Assembly: GCA_964016885.1 (NCBI GenBank)
Contig: OZ024755.1
Location: 11,966,001-12,030,000 of the forward strand
DNA length: 64,000 nucleotides
Direction: 5' to 3'
Source: Eledone cirrhosa
Lineage: Eukaryota
Below the pieces are notes generated by a model. It was given only the letters and a program-made list of their open reading frames with translations, was not told the origin of the DNA and searched no databases. How positions within the stretch are numbered: position 1 is the first letter of the stretch; the number at the start of each line of letters is the position of its first letter. Made by a program: the position numbers and the translations under genes. Positions 26,623 through 40,929 of this stretch are shown here, one piece after another.

Positions 26623-27799
26623 GAGGATGGGAGCTCAAACTATCTTTACAAACCTCTGCTGTTTGTTGTTATGTCGTGGCCTTAAGCAAAACATATTTCT
26701 ATTAATATTAGAAGTACTGTATATTATTGGAGGTACTCCATAGAATAAGGTGTGTGCTCAAACCATCATTAAACCCCTGTTGTTAAATGTTATGCTGTGG
26801 CTTTCAGTGTGTGTGTGTGTGTGTATGTTGGACATTTGTTGCTCCCTACATTGTTCCAGTCGTAACAGCCTGCTCGTGAAATTAACGAGCAAGTGGCTGA
26901 GCAATCCATTGACAGGCGCACCCTTTGGATTATAGATACAGCTCTATTTCTTTTTTCTTTTTTTAGCTGAGTTGATTAGAGTAGCGTGAAATAAAGTATC
27001 TTGCTCAAGGACAACGAATTCCGATCTGACCACCTTACGATCATAAACCGAACCAACCTTTATTGCTTTAAGCAAGACACATTATTACTATAACAGATAG
27101 CTGAGTTTTGGGAAAATTACTTCCCCTAACTTCGCTACAAATTTATGATTATTGTTAGGGTTACTGTAATGTTGTGTGCGCTTAAACCAGCCTTATAAAC
27201 CAATGCTGTTTGATGTTATTATTGAAGGTAATATATAATTGGATGTACTAGAATTGTATGAAGGCAAATAGTTTAATTATTAGAGTGTTCGGCTCTAAAT
27301 TATAAGGTCGATAATTCGATCCCCTGTCGCGCAATTTTTCCTTAAGCAAGACACTTTATTTCACGTTGCTCTAGTCAGCTCAGCTTGTAAAAAAATGAAT
27401 TGTACATGTAATTAAATGAGCCAGCCTTGTCACACACTGTAACGCACTAAGAACTCCGTTAAAGGTATACGTATTTGTAGAATGCTCAGCCACTTGCAAG
27501 TTAATTTCACGCGCAAGCTGTTCTGTTGTTTGGAAGTGTGTAAACTAAAGTTGATCTCGGTGGCATTTGAACTTCGAATGGAAAATATTTGTTCCGCGGC
27601 TCTTGTGACTGCCAATCAATCGCTCAAGAACTCCTGAATGATTCACATATGGTATGTATGCATATCTTTAACTGAAGTGAATGAGCCAATCACAGAAATA
27701 CATATATTTCATCCAGTGGGGTTCGAAATCAGTTCCAAATATTTGCCTCTTCACTTCATGCCTTCTGATTTAGATAGATATGAATCCTCTGATTTTATA

Positions 27800-28037
27800 C
27801 AGGGTGGTCCGTAAATATCTTTACCATTTAGACATTTAATAAGATCGTTTTTGTTTTTTTAATAACATTTTTTTTTTTTTTAAAGATTTTTAATATATAT
27901 TACCTGGAAATTTATTATGAATAATTTTCAGGTAAAATATTTTCAAAATCTGAAATTAAAATTAAAAAAATGTATTATTGGTAAAAGATAAATGTTATTA
28001 AATTTTTAGATGGTAAAGCTGCTTATGGGCCACTGTG
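27800..28037. mobile_element. Tc1/mariner-type MITE
   Basis: Imperfect TIRs cagggtggtccgtaaatatctttaccatt / atggtaaagctgcttatgggccactgtg with TA flanks and an AT-rich interior. Confidence 0.7.
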
Positions 28038-28904
28038 TAGATAATATATAAAAAGTAGAAGCTGTGATGTTTATCTTTTGTCTAATATCTGAGCAGCATA
28101 AAATAGACAAAGTGTCACGTAGAATGCTTTGCAATGTTATTCCGGCCCTCTGCGTTCTGGGTTCAAATTTCAGCCGATACCAACTTTGCCTTTCATTCTT
28201 TCGGAACCTGAAGTACTAGTGACACACCCAGGCCTCTCACTCTCATTCGGCTATCTAACGGAGCCGAAAAAGGAATGTTCACATCGCGGCTCGAACAACC
28301 CTCTCTCTATGATATCGGGTACAATAAAAGAAACATGAAGGAAACAGCATAGTTGAATATATTCCCTTACAACTTATTAAGTAACGTGAAAAATATCTCA
28401 TCTTTCACGTAGATATGAACCCTAGTCGAATTCATGGGGTAGTCTCTAAATTGCTGCTTGATCCATTCGAAATAGCACCCAAAACTCCCTCAGATCTCAC
28501 ATATCATCTGAAATATAGATGACTGTATTATAGAATGTAGAGCCTGACCCTGAGATGTGGGTTGACTGATCATGGCTAACCTGAGATTAATAACAACATG
28601 AACCCCATAAGTCGTAGATGAAAAATAGAAGAGATGGTCACAGCTGTAATGTCTTTCTTTTTATTATATGTCTGCTCGACCAAAGTTCACCTAAACTTAA
28701 ACAACATCAAAGGTATACCCTGAATTAAGTGGTTCTGACAGTCAAGTATTTGTCTATGCATTAGTACAAGGGTTTGAACCGGAATCATGAAATATGTTTA
28801 CTAAAAATTTAGGAACCATATCTTTGCACTGGGGTTCATTTAATCAAATTTGCTCCGCTAATCCCTCACAAAAATTACTGGCCTTACGCCCATATTTGAA
28901 ATTA

Positions 28905-28951
<47 letters not shown>

Positions 28952-29333
28952 AATAAAGTACCAGTAATGTACTGGGTAATTGCTAGCCTTGTGCCAAAAG
29001 TAGAAACAATTATTATTATTATTATTATTATTGGTGCAAACATTTGAGAAGACATACAGATATGTATAAAACAATATCTTCAGTTCTGGCAAAACTGTGC
29101 AGCACACAACATGACAACATGCAATACAATACATAGTCCTGTTGCATTATTCTATAATAAATGCCATGCATATGCTATTGCAAAATCTGCAAAACTGCTA
29201 CGTCAGTATAGCAAATGCAGCAAGCTGCGCATTACATAACCTGAATACAGTCGATTCACAAGACTTTATTTTGCTTTATCTCTCTATGCATGTATGTTTG
29301 CAACAGCGCGTATTAATGTGTTTTTAGTATGCA

Positions 29334-29446
<113 letters not shown>

Positions 29447-29726
29447 GCGTCTGTATATTTGAGCTTGTGTGCGTTATGGCGGTGTCTATGACCTGTGTGA
29501 ATAGCAATGAAATAATTTCTGACCTATACTTCTGCTTTTTGCATCTGTTATGTTTGTGCACATATCATATTATGTAGATGTGTGTGTATCTGTGTATAAC
29601 TGTATGCCTGTGTGCGTGAATATTTTTCTGTGGGCATGACGTGTGGTATGTCAGTTTAAAAGGCTTATTGATAATCATATTTGGAGACATATAAAGCTAT
29701 TCGTATTCATATATACTGATGCGTAC

Positions 29727-29845
<119 letters not shown>

Positions 29846-30197
29846 TGCATGTCTGTGTCTGTGTCTGTGTATATATGCTGATGTGTATTTAAATACAATC
29901 TAAGCAAATATACATCTATACATGTGTGTGTGTGTATATGTATATATATATATATGTGTATATGTGGGGTTGATGTGCCTCTCTATCTGTGTGTCGAATG
30001 TGTTTGAGAGGCAGATGGAGATTATAAATAGATATATAGATATAGAAATATAAATATATATATATATTGATATATGAATAGACAGCTTAACCGATAAATC
30101 AATAGATAAAAGCATAATATATACTCTTAGCAGTAAGGGTAATGCCCTTGAGCCTTTGAGGCCCTTCTTAAATTGAAATCCCCTCCTTCACCGCACA

Positions 30198-30241
<44 letters not shown>

Positions 30242-30321
30242 CACATTGACAGAGGCATTGTGTAGAATACATTTTGTCCGATGTTCCAACGATTCTGCCA
30301 ATCTACTGCCCTTTCAGTAAT

Positions 30322-30714
30322 AATGGTTTCTGATCTAGGCAAAGGGCCAACAAATTTGGAGGAGGATTAAATCAACCTCAATGTGATATTGATATTTTAT
30401 TTCATTGACCCCGTAAGGCAGACAAGCACAGTTAGTCTCGGCGGGATTTGAACTCAGAAGGTAAAAAGTCGTAACTGTATGCTGCAAAGAATATTGTCCG
30501 ACGTTGTACCAATACTGCCAATAGTAATTGCTTCTACTTTAGGCACAAGGCCAGCAATTACCCAGTGCATTACTGGTACTTTATTTTATCGACCCCGTAA
30601 GGATGAAAGGCAAAGTCAACCTCGGCGGGATTTGAACTCAGATCGTAAAGGGACGTAACTATGCTGGAAAGCATGGCGTCCGACCCTCTACCGATACTGC
30701 CAATCCACCGCCCT
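30322..30714 (-). mobile_element. Two adjacent SINE family A copies (older long form, then young short form)
   Basis: Family A core present in both. The second copy (30525-30714) is nearly identical to 43664-43853. Confidence 0.9.
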
Positions 30715-30784
30715 TATTAATGAAATAATAAATCATTTTAGTAACAAACGATAACAGCCCGAATCAATCAATGAAATGTTACAA

Positions 30785-31115
30785 GGCCAGGTACAGGACG
30801 TTAGAAAATTGGATTTCTGTATAAAAAGAAACGCAATGACAATAACAAAAGCTGCAACGAAAAACATAGAAACAAAAGCAAAATCTCCAATAGGGGGTAA
30901 ACCACTGAGGGTTGCTCGTGGAGAAAGTCAACAGAAGCCACGGTCACCCTGACCGCTAGAGCAAGTGCTCTCTCCCAGTTGTTCTCCTTCAATACTACAG
31001 ACACACACTCAGGGCAGGTCCATTCACACGGGCCATTCTTGCCTCTCTCACCCACCCTTCAACAAACTGGCTGGAAAGCAGCACTTCCCTCTCCGTCCTG
31101 ATTTTCCTTTTCAGA
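30785..31115 (-). mobile_element. 3' end of a Tx1/L1-like LINE (ORF2 C-terminus plus 3' UTR)
   Basis: The minus strand encodes LKRKIRTEREVLLSSQFVEGWVREARMARVNGPALSVCL*, like the R.R.E......F...W C-terminus of Tx1-type ORF2. GC content is above background. Confidence 0.6.
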
Positions 31116-31518
31116 TCAACACTAACATCAGCAGAATAGTGTCAATGATTCATATAATAACAAAAATAGTTATTATAAAACAAAACACGCCAATGATGTC
31201 TATTTTGTGAGTGTCTGATACAGAATTTAACATTAATGCATCAATGATAATTTTACACATGACATATTTGCTTCAGAAGATAATTAAAACTAAATGAAAA
31301 ATTAGTTTACTCTTTTCATACCAAACCACCTGGAACCATCTCCGATTAATTGTTTGTTTTGAAGTACCTATATTTATCCCATAAGGCGGCGAATTGGCAG
31401 AATCGTTAGAACCCCCGGTTGAATACGTTACTAAGCGTATATGTCCCGGTTCTCTGCGCTCTAAGTTCAATCTAGCTGATGTTAAATTTACTTTACATCC
31501 CTCCAAGTACCAGAACCT

Positions 31519-31621
<103 letters not shown>

Positions 31622-32772
31622 TTCTCAGGAAGAAATCAGCTATGTCCTGTACCAGGCAAAGATCGTCCCTATGACAATATCAGGATTTCAGCTTCCATAG
31701 ATGGATGGAAATTTTATGTAAGAAGCGTAGATGAACTGTTCCAAACGCCAGCAATTTTTCCAGTACATTACTGGTACTTTGTTTTATCGACCTCGTAAGG
31801 ATGAAAGGCAAAGTCAACCTCGGCGGGATTTGAACGCCAGTTTAATAATGAGAAAGAGCTACAATTACTAAATCCTTTCGAATTCTTCGTTATTTTCAAA
31901 ATTATTCGAAAACCGAAAACAGTGTATTTTATAAGATATATAAGAAATGGGTTAAACATTTATTATAGTAATTAGTTGGAACGAGGAGGGGAGAGAGAGA
32001 AAAAGGAAGGAAGGTTAGGAGTAGCGCTTATTATATTCAACAAGTCCTCTCCGTTTTCTGAAATATCTGCACTTGATGCTTAGATGGAACGGCTGCAGTT
32101 TGGCGGCGGTTATAAAATACCCCGAGTGTTAGCCTTCACGAGACAAGTAAATTTAGGAGTATGCATTTTTCATTGTATAGGTAACAGTAAGTAAATACAT
32201 AAATTGTATTAACGTTTAACGAAAATAAATATATCAATTAAAATGTGCCTGCATTTTGTTAAAACAAACCCTAATATTGCTCAAAGCCAAACACTATAAA
32301 CATAGCATGGAATAAAAGTAGCGATTTGAGAAAAGCGAAAGAAAAGAAATTAAGAAAATATATATTTTTTCAAATCTGTTTATTTCATTCATCAAAAAGG
32401 AATGAAGAAACCCTAATCTTTCTACAGACATTCAGCAGGCGACGTGCGTGTGTTTCCAGTTAAGTATTCTTTGACCCGCTTCTACTCTTTAACTGGTACT
32501 CCTTTATGTATATTTCTTCAACCGGGTTAGTATTGTAACTATTGTCGTTGGTGTTATTAGTGGTGAATTTGGTGGTGGTGGTGACAGTGTCAAAGGTGGT
32601 GGTGGTTGTGTTAGTGAGGAAGCTATAGCTATTCCTATGTCATTTGTGATGGTGTAGTTAGTGTCATGTCATTTATGGTTGGTGTTGATGACACACTACA
32701 CAGGTGTTGTGGTGGTTAGGTAGCTTCTGTGGTTGTTTTTGTTTCAGCTGCAAGTGAGATCTAGTTCACCTA

Positions 32773-32830
32773 GGTTATCGACCTACCGATCTGAATCAAC
32801 CGGTTATCGACCTACCGATCTGAATCAACC
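32773..32830. repeat. Perfect 29-bp tandem duplication
   Basis: ggttatcgacctaccgatctgaatcaacc x2. Confidence 0.95.
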
Positions 32831-33354
32831 CACGGAATCTATTGTTACATATACAGCACACTTCCAACAAACAAAGGCCACCTAATTATAGTGCCGATAA
32901 TTATTCATTCTACATTATAGAAATAGCAGTCAATTCTGTCGTCTGGAAAATATATGAATCAATTGTGCATTGTTTCCTTGGACAAGTCACTTTATATCAA
33001 GTTATTCCAGTTCATTGAACTGGCGAAATGAGTTGTACCTGTGTCATACTGAATGTCACTTAGAATTACGTTATGGATGCATGTTTGTGTGGAATGCTCA
33101 GCCACTTGCATGATAATTTTGAACAACTGGAACACACATCTTCGGAGGTAATAAAGGATGGTTAGAACCATATGCATCTAGCGTATTTAGAATCAAATAG
33201 CTTCTTATTTAGAAAAATGTGAAGTCGCCTAGGAATGATACAGCCCTGCTGTAGACAAATAGTAGTAGCCGGCCTCCCTTCCTTCGGGGTTTATGAGAGA
33301 CGAAAGGTTCACACTTGAAAGTTTCTTCTCCAAAAGATAAACTTGGACAAAATA

Positions 33355-33434
33355 TAACGGGATCTTCTGAAAAGTTTCAGAAGATCCCGTTAAGGGCGAA
33401 AGCAGCGATTCTTTGCTTAAACTTTAATCTGTTA

Positions 33435-33440
<6 letters not shown>
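33355..33440 (+). mobile_element. Short insert with an 18-bp fold-back and hammerhead-like motif, abutting (TA)n
   Basis: taacgggatcttctgaaa-ag-tttcagaagatcccgtta, then agggcgaaagcagc. Same family as 21539-21600. Confidence 0.6.
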
Positions 33441-33517
<77 letters not shown>

Positions 33518-33700
33518 GTATATATATGTATATATATGTATATATATATGTATATATATATGTATATATATATATATGAGTTTTTCGAATATTAATAACA
33601 ACATTCGATTCGTTTGCAATTATGTAAACAACCCTCATTTTTAAAGCCATGTCAGTAGAATGAACAACTTCATTCTTGCTATTGTGTTGGCATGTAAACA

Positions 33701-33750
33701 GAACTGCAGACACTAATGTTTTGGGCTATCACCCTTCATCAGTACAGCTC
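33701..33750 (-). ncRNA. Minimal type I hammerhead ribozyme motif (G12>A, probably inactive)
   Basis: GAGCUGUA-CUGAUGA-A-GGG-UGAUAG-CCC-AAAA-CA-UUAG-UG-UC-UGCAGUUC. Helix I has 8 bp including G-U pairs, the CUGAUGA core is canonical, helices II and III form, and there is a GUC site. Confidence 0.7.
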
Positions 33751-33914
33751 ACTGTTCACCTGCCAAACTGTCAGAGCTACTGAAAATATATGCTAAATAT
33801 ATGCATAGGATCATCGGGTGATCCTGTGAGTTACATAAGAGAAACTCTAGCGTTAAAAAAATATCAATCTCAAAATTGGAAATCAGTAAAATCGAATCTC
33901 TGGCGGTTTGCAAG

Positions 33915-34364
<450 letters not shown>

Positions 34365-34808
34365 ATATATATATATATATATATATGTACATACGCCCTT
34401 ATAAAGTAAAGGGTTTAAAAAAAACGGAGTTTAAAAATCACCTTTCAAGCTAAATTGAAGAAAAAAAAACTTTATGTAATACTTTCCAAAGCTTCATAGA
34501 CGTCGACAAAGCATTTGACTTTTTTCTCAACGTGCTACTTATCAAAATTTAATTTTTTTTCTTTCTTTTAACAAATGTCCCAGTAAATTACATGGTGAAT
34601 CACATCTGCAACCTAATCTACTCCGTTCACAGACGCAAGCCTTTTCACCATAATAAACACAAAAAATTGAAAGAAGTAAAAGTAAACGCACAGCTTAGAT
34701 TTTTTATAGTTTTATTTTACAGTTTTGTTTTGTTTTACTTCATTCTCATCACCTCCCCCTATAAACCTGTCAGTGCTTGTCGATGAGTGTAACATAAATA
34801 GAAAAGGA

Positions 34809-34887
<79 letters not shown>

Positions 34888-34939
34888 TGTGTGTATGTTT
34901 GGATATTGATATATAATGTGTGTCTGTCTTGAGTGTGTG

Positions 34940-35019
<80 letters not shown>

Positions 35020-35126
35020 ACGTGAGTGTGGAGAGAGAGAGAGCGCAATTACAAGTGCAGGAGAGAAAGAGACAGATAAAATAAAAGGCGAGTGGTTGCT
35101 TATCTCACATCCATAACTGCATTAGG

Positions 35127-35177
<51 letters not shown>

Positions 35178-36602
35178 TAAAAACAAATCATATAAACAAA
35201 CAAAAATACATATGTGTTGACACAAAGACAAGCATACAAACACACACACATGTATATATGTATCTATACATATCTACTGTACTGCCACGAGGATATATCT
35301 TTCGTATTGCAGCAAGATGCTTTTGTAAATTTTGTTAGCGCAATTTGCAAACTGCACAAGTCCCAATTGTTGTGATTGCAATAGATATAACTGTTAATCA
35401 TTTGTGTTAGTGCAAACTAATTTTAATTGCATGCACATAGTATTGCATAAGAGATAGTATTGTAGAGAGTCAATGTTAAATAACTAGTCTCCAGACAAAC
35501 TATTTTAGACCCAAAGTAATTATTTCTGATTGCGTAATAACAACACTAATTATGCATAGTTACGCTGAATTAACACTTTCACAAACTTGTCCATAATTTG
35601 CCCGTAACGTCGAGACTTCCGGTGTCCGTCTTTTCCCGGTGCTTTGGTTTTCCTCCGCAAAATTAGGGGGAGTGCATCCCGCCCTAGGGAAGTGCCCCTT
35701 GGGGTAGAGTGACTGACGTAGCAGGTGTATCTGGCTATTCGCTGCGGCTATGCCTTCGGCATTTCCACCGCGAGACGTAGCTGAGATATACCACTTAGAT
35801 TGTGGTGTACAGTCTGCTGCTCCCTCCATTTACTTTTGCTATTTAATTTTTTCTTTTCTTTTATTTCCTTTTTTATATGCAAATGTTGATGAACGGTAAA
35901 TACTTTCACACATAGATCTATGTTTAGGAATGTGGCGAAGTTATTAGTCCGTTGGCTAGAACATTTACGCTATTTGTTCTGGCTCTTTCTGTTTTCACTT
36001 CAATCCGGCCGAGAGCAGCTTTGCCTTTGATCCATTCGAGATTGACAAATAAGTACCAGTGTAGTACTAATTCAGGCCGAAATATTTCATATACATATAT
36101 ATATATATATATACATATAAGAATCCCAGTGGGGTGGAACACGTCAACTCTAACCGAAGAAACAATGCTTCCATCTGCCATATGAGAGAAAGAGCAGCAC
36201 AAAATAAAATATATTGCTGAAGGGCATAACACACCGGCCGATTCGGGAATCGAATTCACAATCTTATGATTGTGAAACCAATTCTCTAACCAGTAAGCCA
36301 TGCGCCTTCACACATAAATATATATATACTTTTATATTAAAAAATAGATGCATATTTATATTTATATACACATACATAGACCCCACCCTCTACACGCACT
36401 CAAATTGTATGAGAGATCGGGTTAACCCAGTAAATACCTAGAAGAGAGTTCAGAAATATTTGCGGTTACAAATCCTTCATTGGAGAAATCTTATTATGGA
36501 AGGTTAGAATGTTCACAGCCGAACCTGTTATGCAACTACTGAACTATGGTATCTTCTAGAAATTTACCCGTTCCTAAGAAGATAAAAAGTAACAATTTAT
36601 AA

Positions 36603-36794
36603 TAATTGTTTCTACTTTTGGCACAAGGCCAGCAATTATATCAGTGTATTACTGGTACTTTATTTTATCGACCCCTTAAGGATGAAAGGCAAAGTTAACC
36701 TCGGCGGGTTTTGAACTCAGTCCGTAAAGGGACGTAACTGTGCTGCAAAGCATGGCGTCCGACCCTCTACCAATACTGCCAATCCACCGCCCTT
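36603..36794 (-). mobile_element. SINE family A, young short form
   Basis: Full head to tail, with TSD-like flanks gtaacaatt(t/a)ataataat. Confidence 0.9.
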
Positions 36795-37274
36795 GTAACA
36801 ATTAATAATAATAAAGAAAAATGATAACATGGTAGCCATTGACGAGGTGAATAACCTTCACTATAATATATATAGATATGTCTCACCAGATCAATATCTA
36901 TATTGTTTAGTACTAATTAACCTTGTCTTATCATTGTATTTGTCGGTGACCATGCTGGGGCACCCTTTTGTAGATTCTAGATGTCTATACCATCCTATCC
37001 CCTCCACATCCGAATTTTTTTTTCTTATTTTTTTTTTTTTTTCATTGTGATGGTACTTTTATCAAATTTTTTTTTCTGTCGAACGACTCGAGTAGTAAGT
37101 GCTGACATAAGCGCAGATGGGTGAACCACATAAACACACCTTATATAGATATATAGTGGCCGAAACGTTAAGACACTTTTCTTGTTATTTCAAGCGTTAG
37201 ACTAATATATTTTTTCAATGTACTATGTCGTTTGCGTTATTATTTCTGTTTACTTTTTACATACACACACATTT

Positions 37275-37369
<95 letters not shown>

Positions 37370-37370
<1 letters not shown>

Positions 37371-37512
37371 GTGAGGAGCGGGAAAGACCACCAATCAGAG
37401 TAGTACTCGATGCATGGTAAGATACAGAGTGGATAAATTAATGAGGTAGAGAGCCGACTGGGAGCTCGGGTGTTTCAGCTTCTAACTCCTCCAAGCTTCT
37501 TCAGGTAGTGTC
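37370..37512 (-). mobile_element. Probable Penelope-like 3' end with hammerhead motif, abutting (GT)n
   Basis: The minus strand reads CUGAAGA-AGCUU-11nt-AAGCU-GAAAC-acccGAGCUCcca-GUC. The GAGCUC palindrome in loop III is shared with the 21371-21517 insert. Confidence 0.55.
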
Positions 37513-38763
37513 TGACGTTCCCCTCATTTCCTCTTTTAATATCAAATAGGTAATCGGTCTTAACTCAACTGTTGCTTGCAGATCTGACTAATACATGGAA
37601 TTGACTTCCGTCGGTTTCAACGATAAGTTTTCTACCCTGGATATGAAATTAATGTATAAGTCGGTGAGCATCCCACAATTATGTATACATTTAATGTAAT
37701 TCCCAGGGAGATTCTGCGTGACAAAGTAACAAAGTCAGCCCTTTGGCTAGAGTTACAGGTAAAATTCATCTCACGGGCTTCAAAACAGTTTTCATCGACC
37801 AATTTCCCTTGCGATGCTTTGTTGTACTCGAGACTATGGTAAATGACACTTGCCAAGATGACATGTAGTGGGATCAAACCCAGCACCTAAAAATTGCTAA
37901 GCGAATTTCTTAACCATTCATCTATTGTGTGTCCTCGACTAATACATAACTTCTAAGAGTAAGACACGTATCTAGTTTATTTCGCAAAAAGATCGTATTT
38001 TTAGCAAAAAGAAGAAAAATGACAAACAAAATGTTGGTGCCTTTCTCAGCAATGTGTCAGCTGTAGTGAAAAGAAATGGTTTCCACAACCTTACATTCTC
38101 AGATTACCAAGAACTTCATTCTTTGTTTCTTGTACGCGTCGGAGTGCCCGATACAAATACCAAATACGAAATCAGTTTTACAAGGACTTATAGTGGGCAT
38201 GAAACAAACATTAGGTTCCGGGTTTGATCCTGCATGTTATCTTACGCAGTGGGCATTTCCCACAGCCTCGGGTCGACCCATATCTTATATGTCAAATCAG
38301 ATAGGCGGAAACTGTTTGGAAGATCGTTGGATGGACTGTACCTGTATTTCAAAAGGCCAGCCTTGCCAGACACAGCGACGTGTGGAATCTCTTTGAGAAT
38401 AATGTTATGCATACACGTATCTATGTAATCTCCAACCACTAACACGTTAAATTTAAAAGCAAATTATTCCGTTGATTGAAAAACTGAAACATTCAACGTC
38501 GAAATCGGTGGAGATCCATTCTATATTCACCGTCCGCTGCTCTAACTGCTAATAATTCAACATTTTTCACAGCCTACAGCTACTACTAGCAGAATTGCAA
38601 TGGCTTCTACATATAAACCACAATTCTTTAAACTATGTGTTAATATTTTGAAGTTCATAGCTGCAAACAGCATTTTGTAATGGATTATTAATATACATAT
38701 ATATATGAATATATATATATATAAATATATATATAAATATATGAATGTAAATATATATATATA

Positions 38764-38843
<80 letters not shown>

Positions 38844-38861
38844 TATATATATATATATATA

Positions 38862-38896
<35 letters not shown>

Positions 38897-38901
<5 letters not shown>

Positions 38902-39495
38902 AAATTGAGGTTGGTAATGGCACATGGAATATATAAGAGACAGAATACTTTTTTGTGAAAAAACATAATTTTATAAGGTAAGGAAATAATAAAGGGTATA
39001 AAAAATGACCGGTTTCGATGGGTCTGCAAAAGCCATCTTTTCAAATGTTGATTAATATTAAGAAAAATTAATAATACGAAGAGTTAAAATTTGAGACTTG
39101 AAAATTCAAGTATAAAATTCATTGTGGGATTTCATAGCAGTTTTCATCTTGGTAGCAACAACAGGTTGACTGCTGTGTCCCTTTCTGGTAGTCAACCTGT
39201 TGTTGCTACCAAGATGAAAACTGCTATGAAATCCCACAATGAATTTTATACTTGAATTTTCAAGTCTCAAATTTTAACTCTTCGTATTATTAATTTTTCT
39301 TAATATTAATCAACATTTGAAAAGATGGCTTTTGCAGACCCATCGAAACCGGTCATTTTTTATACCCTTTATTATTTCCTTACCTTATAAAATTATGTTT
39401 TTTCACAAAAAAGTATTCTGTCTCTTATATATTCCATGTGCCATTACCAACCTCAATTTTCTCTATAACCTTCGCTTTGTGTAGAAAATTACACT

Positions 39496-39500
<5 letters not shown>
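38897..39500. mobile_element. Fold-back element in (TA)n: ~275-bp inverted arms, 18-nt spacer, ~36-nt unpaired tail; a hammerhead motif in each arm
   Basis: Arms 38897-39171 and 39190-39464 appear identical by eye. (TA)n lies on both sides. Confidence 0.8.
39311..39360 (+). ncRNA. Minimal hammerhead ribozyme motif, U3-A8 variant
   Basis: UUGAAAA-GAUGG-11nt-CCAUC-GAAA-CCGG-UC, with a GUC site at 39352-39354. Helix I is weak. The mirror copy is at 39007-39044 (-). Confidence 0.55.
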
Positions 39501-39542
<42 letters not shown>

Positions 39543-39552
39543 TATATATATA

Positions 39553-39617
<65 letters not shown>

Positions 39618-39842
39618 ATATATATATATATATATATATATGAATATAGTAATAATAATAAAATTGAAGACTAAAATCCAAAGAGGGCTCGATAAGGAAA
39701 ATATATATCAAATATATAAGAACCGTAGAGCAAAATGAATGTATATATATATATATATATATATATAAATATATGAATGTATATATATATATATATATAA
39801 ATATATATATCTATGAATGTATATATATATTTATATATATAT

Positions 39843-39879
<37 letters not shown>

Positions 39880-39932
39880 AATATATATATCTATATATCT
39901 ATGAATGTATATATATATTTATATATATATAT

Positions 39933-39968
<36 letters not shown>

Positions 39969-40097
39969 GAATGTATATATATATATATATATATACATTC
40001 ATTTTGCACAAGGCCAGCAATTATATATATATATATATATGAATGTATATATATATATATATATGAATGTATATATATATATATATATATACATTCA

Positions 40098-40272
40098 TTT
40101 GCACAAGGCCAGCAATTACCCAGTGCATTACTGGTACTTTATTTTATCAACCCCGTAAGGATGAAAGGCAAAGTCAACCTCGGCGGGATTTGAACTCAGA
40201 TCGTAAAGGGACGTAACTATGCTGGAAAGCATGGCGCCCGCCCCTCTACCGATACTGCCAATCCACCGCCCT
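40098..40272 (-). mobile_element. SINE family A, young short form, within TA-rich microsatellite
   Basis: Near-identical to the 30525 and 43664 copies. Its tail junction is duplicated at ~39995-40022. Confidence 0.9.
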
Positions 40273-40289
40273 GTGTGTATATATATGTA

Positions 40290-40583
<294 letters not shown>

Positions 40584-40684
40584 GCAGACTTATTATTTAT
40601 GAGGTTTACAGCTAGAAAGCTAGAAAACTTTTCTTTCTACCCAGCTCTCTCTCTCTCTCTCTCCCTCTCTCTGTCTCTTTCTCT

Positions 40685-40728
<44 letters not shown>

Positions 40729-40778
40729 ATATATATTTATATATATAAATATATTTGTATATATATATATATTTGGAC

Positions 40779-40812
<34 letters not shown>

Positions 40813-40816
40813 ATGT

Positions 40817-40847
<31 letters not shown>

Positions 40848-40862
40848 ATGTGTGTGTGTGTG

Positions 40863-40911
<49 letters not shown>

Positions 40912-40929
40912 TTAGGGGTTAAACATTTT

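Noticed and set aside
35680-35715. Resemblance of ccgccctagggaagtgcccc...agagtg to the RNase MRP CR-I region
   Set aside because: No CR-V/P4 partner sequence is found downstream, so it is not called MRP.
37100-37180. Degenerate hammerhead-like ...gtggccgaaacgtt (also ctgatgg...ggcgaaaca at 51155-51210)
   Set aside because: Core nucleotides and helices I/III are too decayed to support a call. These are at most old relics of the same class.
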